A DNA stretch of 63,839 bases, the filler included, from Polymyxa betae A26-41 (taxonomy: Eukaryota; Protista; Endomyxa: Phytomyxea), in the NCBI GenBank assembly GCA_003693705.1. It is 4 parts of 4 records of this genome, joined end to end, with 100 filler letters (N's around TTAATTAATTAA, not from the genome) between each part and the next. Parts side by side here need not be neighbours in the genome. Positions count along the whole stretch, not along the records: positions 59,622 to 63,839 come from RBZT01000569.1; 3 more parts are not named here. One strand, given 5' to 3'. Below are positions 62,266-63,839 of this stretch, piece after piece (position 1 is the first letter of the stretch; each line of letters begins with the position of its first letter). The notes below the pieces were generated by a model. The model saw nothing but the letters and a program-made list of their open reading frames with translations, had not been told where the DNA came from and did not search any database. A program made the position numbers and the translations under genes.

Positions 62266-63653
62266 TTATTGTTCGGAAGGAAGTGATCGTGCGATAACAG
62301 CATTTGCATAGTCCATATTGCCGCATGTAAGAACGTCTGAATCATTCATGTCCAGCCTAGAAACATTGTTGATTTGTGACCATAGGATGGTTTCTATGTT
62401 GATAGCCCAGTTTTGACAGTTGCGTGCTTCAGATTGTGGCTTATTGTGTGTATTAAAGCCAACTTGGAACGTTAGGGCATCTGGGTATTGCTCTTTCATT
62501 TCGTCGATCCTTCGCCGAAGAATATTGTCAAATGAATCCCCGCGTATATTAAAGAACCATGATCCGGGGGAAAATACGTCTCGTGAAATAATTGCCACTG
62601 GGAATTGTCGGATCGCGTTGGAGAAGAACCAGGGTCCCGTTCGCTCATAAAATTTTGCTTTTTGTTCAAAATAAAGATCTGCATACAGCAACTGCAAGTT
62701 TCGCAGAATATGTTCCATGGCAGGATGACACTTGGAAACACCGAAAACTCCATTCATGAAGAGGTTGATGCCGTCGTCAGATCGGACTTCGTCGTTATGA
62801 CCAACAGCGAACATCCCAAAAGGTTTCGCCAAATCGAGGAGGTGGTCGAAAGATTTCTGGAGCCAAATGGAGTCGGCATCAATATAGATTCCTCCTTCTC
62901 TCCAAAGGACTTCATATCTCAAAATATCAGCTTTGGCTTCAACGAAGGGTTCCCGGTCATATTGCCTTCCAAGGACCATTGGGCCATACTTCTTCTCATA
63001 CAACTCTCTATTCCAGAGTTTATAGGTCCATGATGGATTCTTGTCGATAAAGTCAATTCGGAAAGAATCCATCCACTTGCAATATGCGTTTTCAAATGAG
63101 TTACCAACCCAGACTTGGTGAATAATCTTGGGGATCGAAGGATAGTTCTTGATACTCATCCATCGCCTCATAATATCGTACTCATAAACAATACTATAGG
63201 ACAGAGGAGGACTCTTGGCATGCATATCGTCTGGATTAGGACCAGCCCAACAGTCTTTGACAATAACAGCTTCTTCAACCACAGGAGCAACTGTGGGCGG
63301 AGCCGTAGTCGACTGAACGAAACGATATTCTAAGGTCCCTGATATATTCTTTGTGACGTTGACCGTTGGAGACATTGCCGCAGCTAGGATGTCGACAATT
63401 CTTTCTGCTGCATGCCCGTCTCCATAAACGCTGCTGTCCGATATTGACGTTGTGTTCATGGATGATATGACCGAATCGATGCAGGTGATGATAGCACCTT
63501 CATTAGAGCCAACTAGGAAGGCGATCCCGCTTCTGACGCCTTCAGGCCGTTCCGTGTTATCACGCAAGACGATTGTGGGCTTTGCGAGACTAACGGCCTC
63601 CTCCTGGATACCTCCTGAGTCCGTGATGACAAAGTCACATGCAGAGAGCAGAA
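62266..63653 (-). CDS. 5'-truncated fusion: non-hydrolysing UDP-GlcNAc 2-epimerase (WecB-like) C-terminus + Thr/Pro linker + GT32 (DXD) glycosyltransferase
   Basis: One open frame: FVITDSGGIQEEAVSLAKPTIVLRDNTERPEGV...YGDGHAAERIVDIL, then IPKIIHQVWVG...KADILRYEVLWREGGIYIDAD...TGPWFF. Confidence 0.85.
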
Positions 63654-63839
63654 GTTAGTCTCGCAAAGCCCACAATCGTCTTGCGTGATAACACGGAACG
63701 GCCTGAAGGCGTCAGAAGCGGGATCGCCTTCCTAGTTGGCTCTAATGAAGGTGCTATCATCACCTGCATCGATTCGGTTATATCATCCATGAACACAACG
63801 TCAATATCGGACAGCAGCGTTTATGGAGACGGGCATGCA
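63409..63839. repeat. Perfect inverted duplication (63409-63594 / 63654-63839, runs to window end), 59-nt spacer
   Basis: The last 186 nt are the exact reverse complement of 63409-63594. Confidence 0.95.

Noticed and set aside
52575-63839. Treating the GNAT cluster and the glycosyltransferase genes as one pathway (acetylated glycan)
   Set aside because: They are on different contigs separated by an artificial linker, and the GNAT acetyl-CoA motifs are eroded.

Overview
This is eukaryotic DNA with short GT-AG introns of about 45-60 nt (some longer), no operons, and scattered TTAGGG/TTTAGGG-like motifs. I infer a protist, with a plasmodiophorid-like plant parasite as my best guess; this is not proven. 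The window is four contigs joined by artificial N44-TTAATTAATTAA-N44 linkers, so adjacency across them is not evidence of linkage. (1) 1-19401 is mostly gene-dense: RPB7, a PPR protein, a PH-domain protein, a CBS+C2 fusion, uroporphyrinogen decarboxylase and a 67-aa secreted peptide. (2) 19502-50881 is a transposon nest with no intact host gene that I can recognise: Ty3/gypsy (one with a chromodomain), Ty1/copia, four PIF/Harbinger-type elements, two pogo-like transposases, three MITEs and a nested LTR, many with readable TIRs and TSDs. (3) 50982-59521 holds three co-oriented, signal-peptide-bearing paralogues built from degenerate phosphinothricin-acetyltransferase-like (GNAT) domains, a candidate new effector family. 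(4) 59622-63839 holds an intronless fucosyltransferase-like gene converging on a bacterial-type UDP-GlcNAc 2-epimerase (WecB) fused to a GT32 glycosyltransferase, whose 5' part is replaced by a fold-back inversion. All family calls come from motif recognition by eye; no searches were run.
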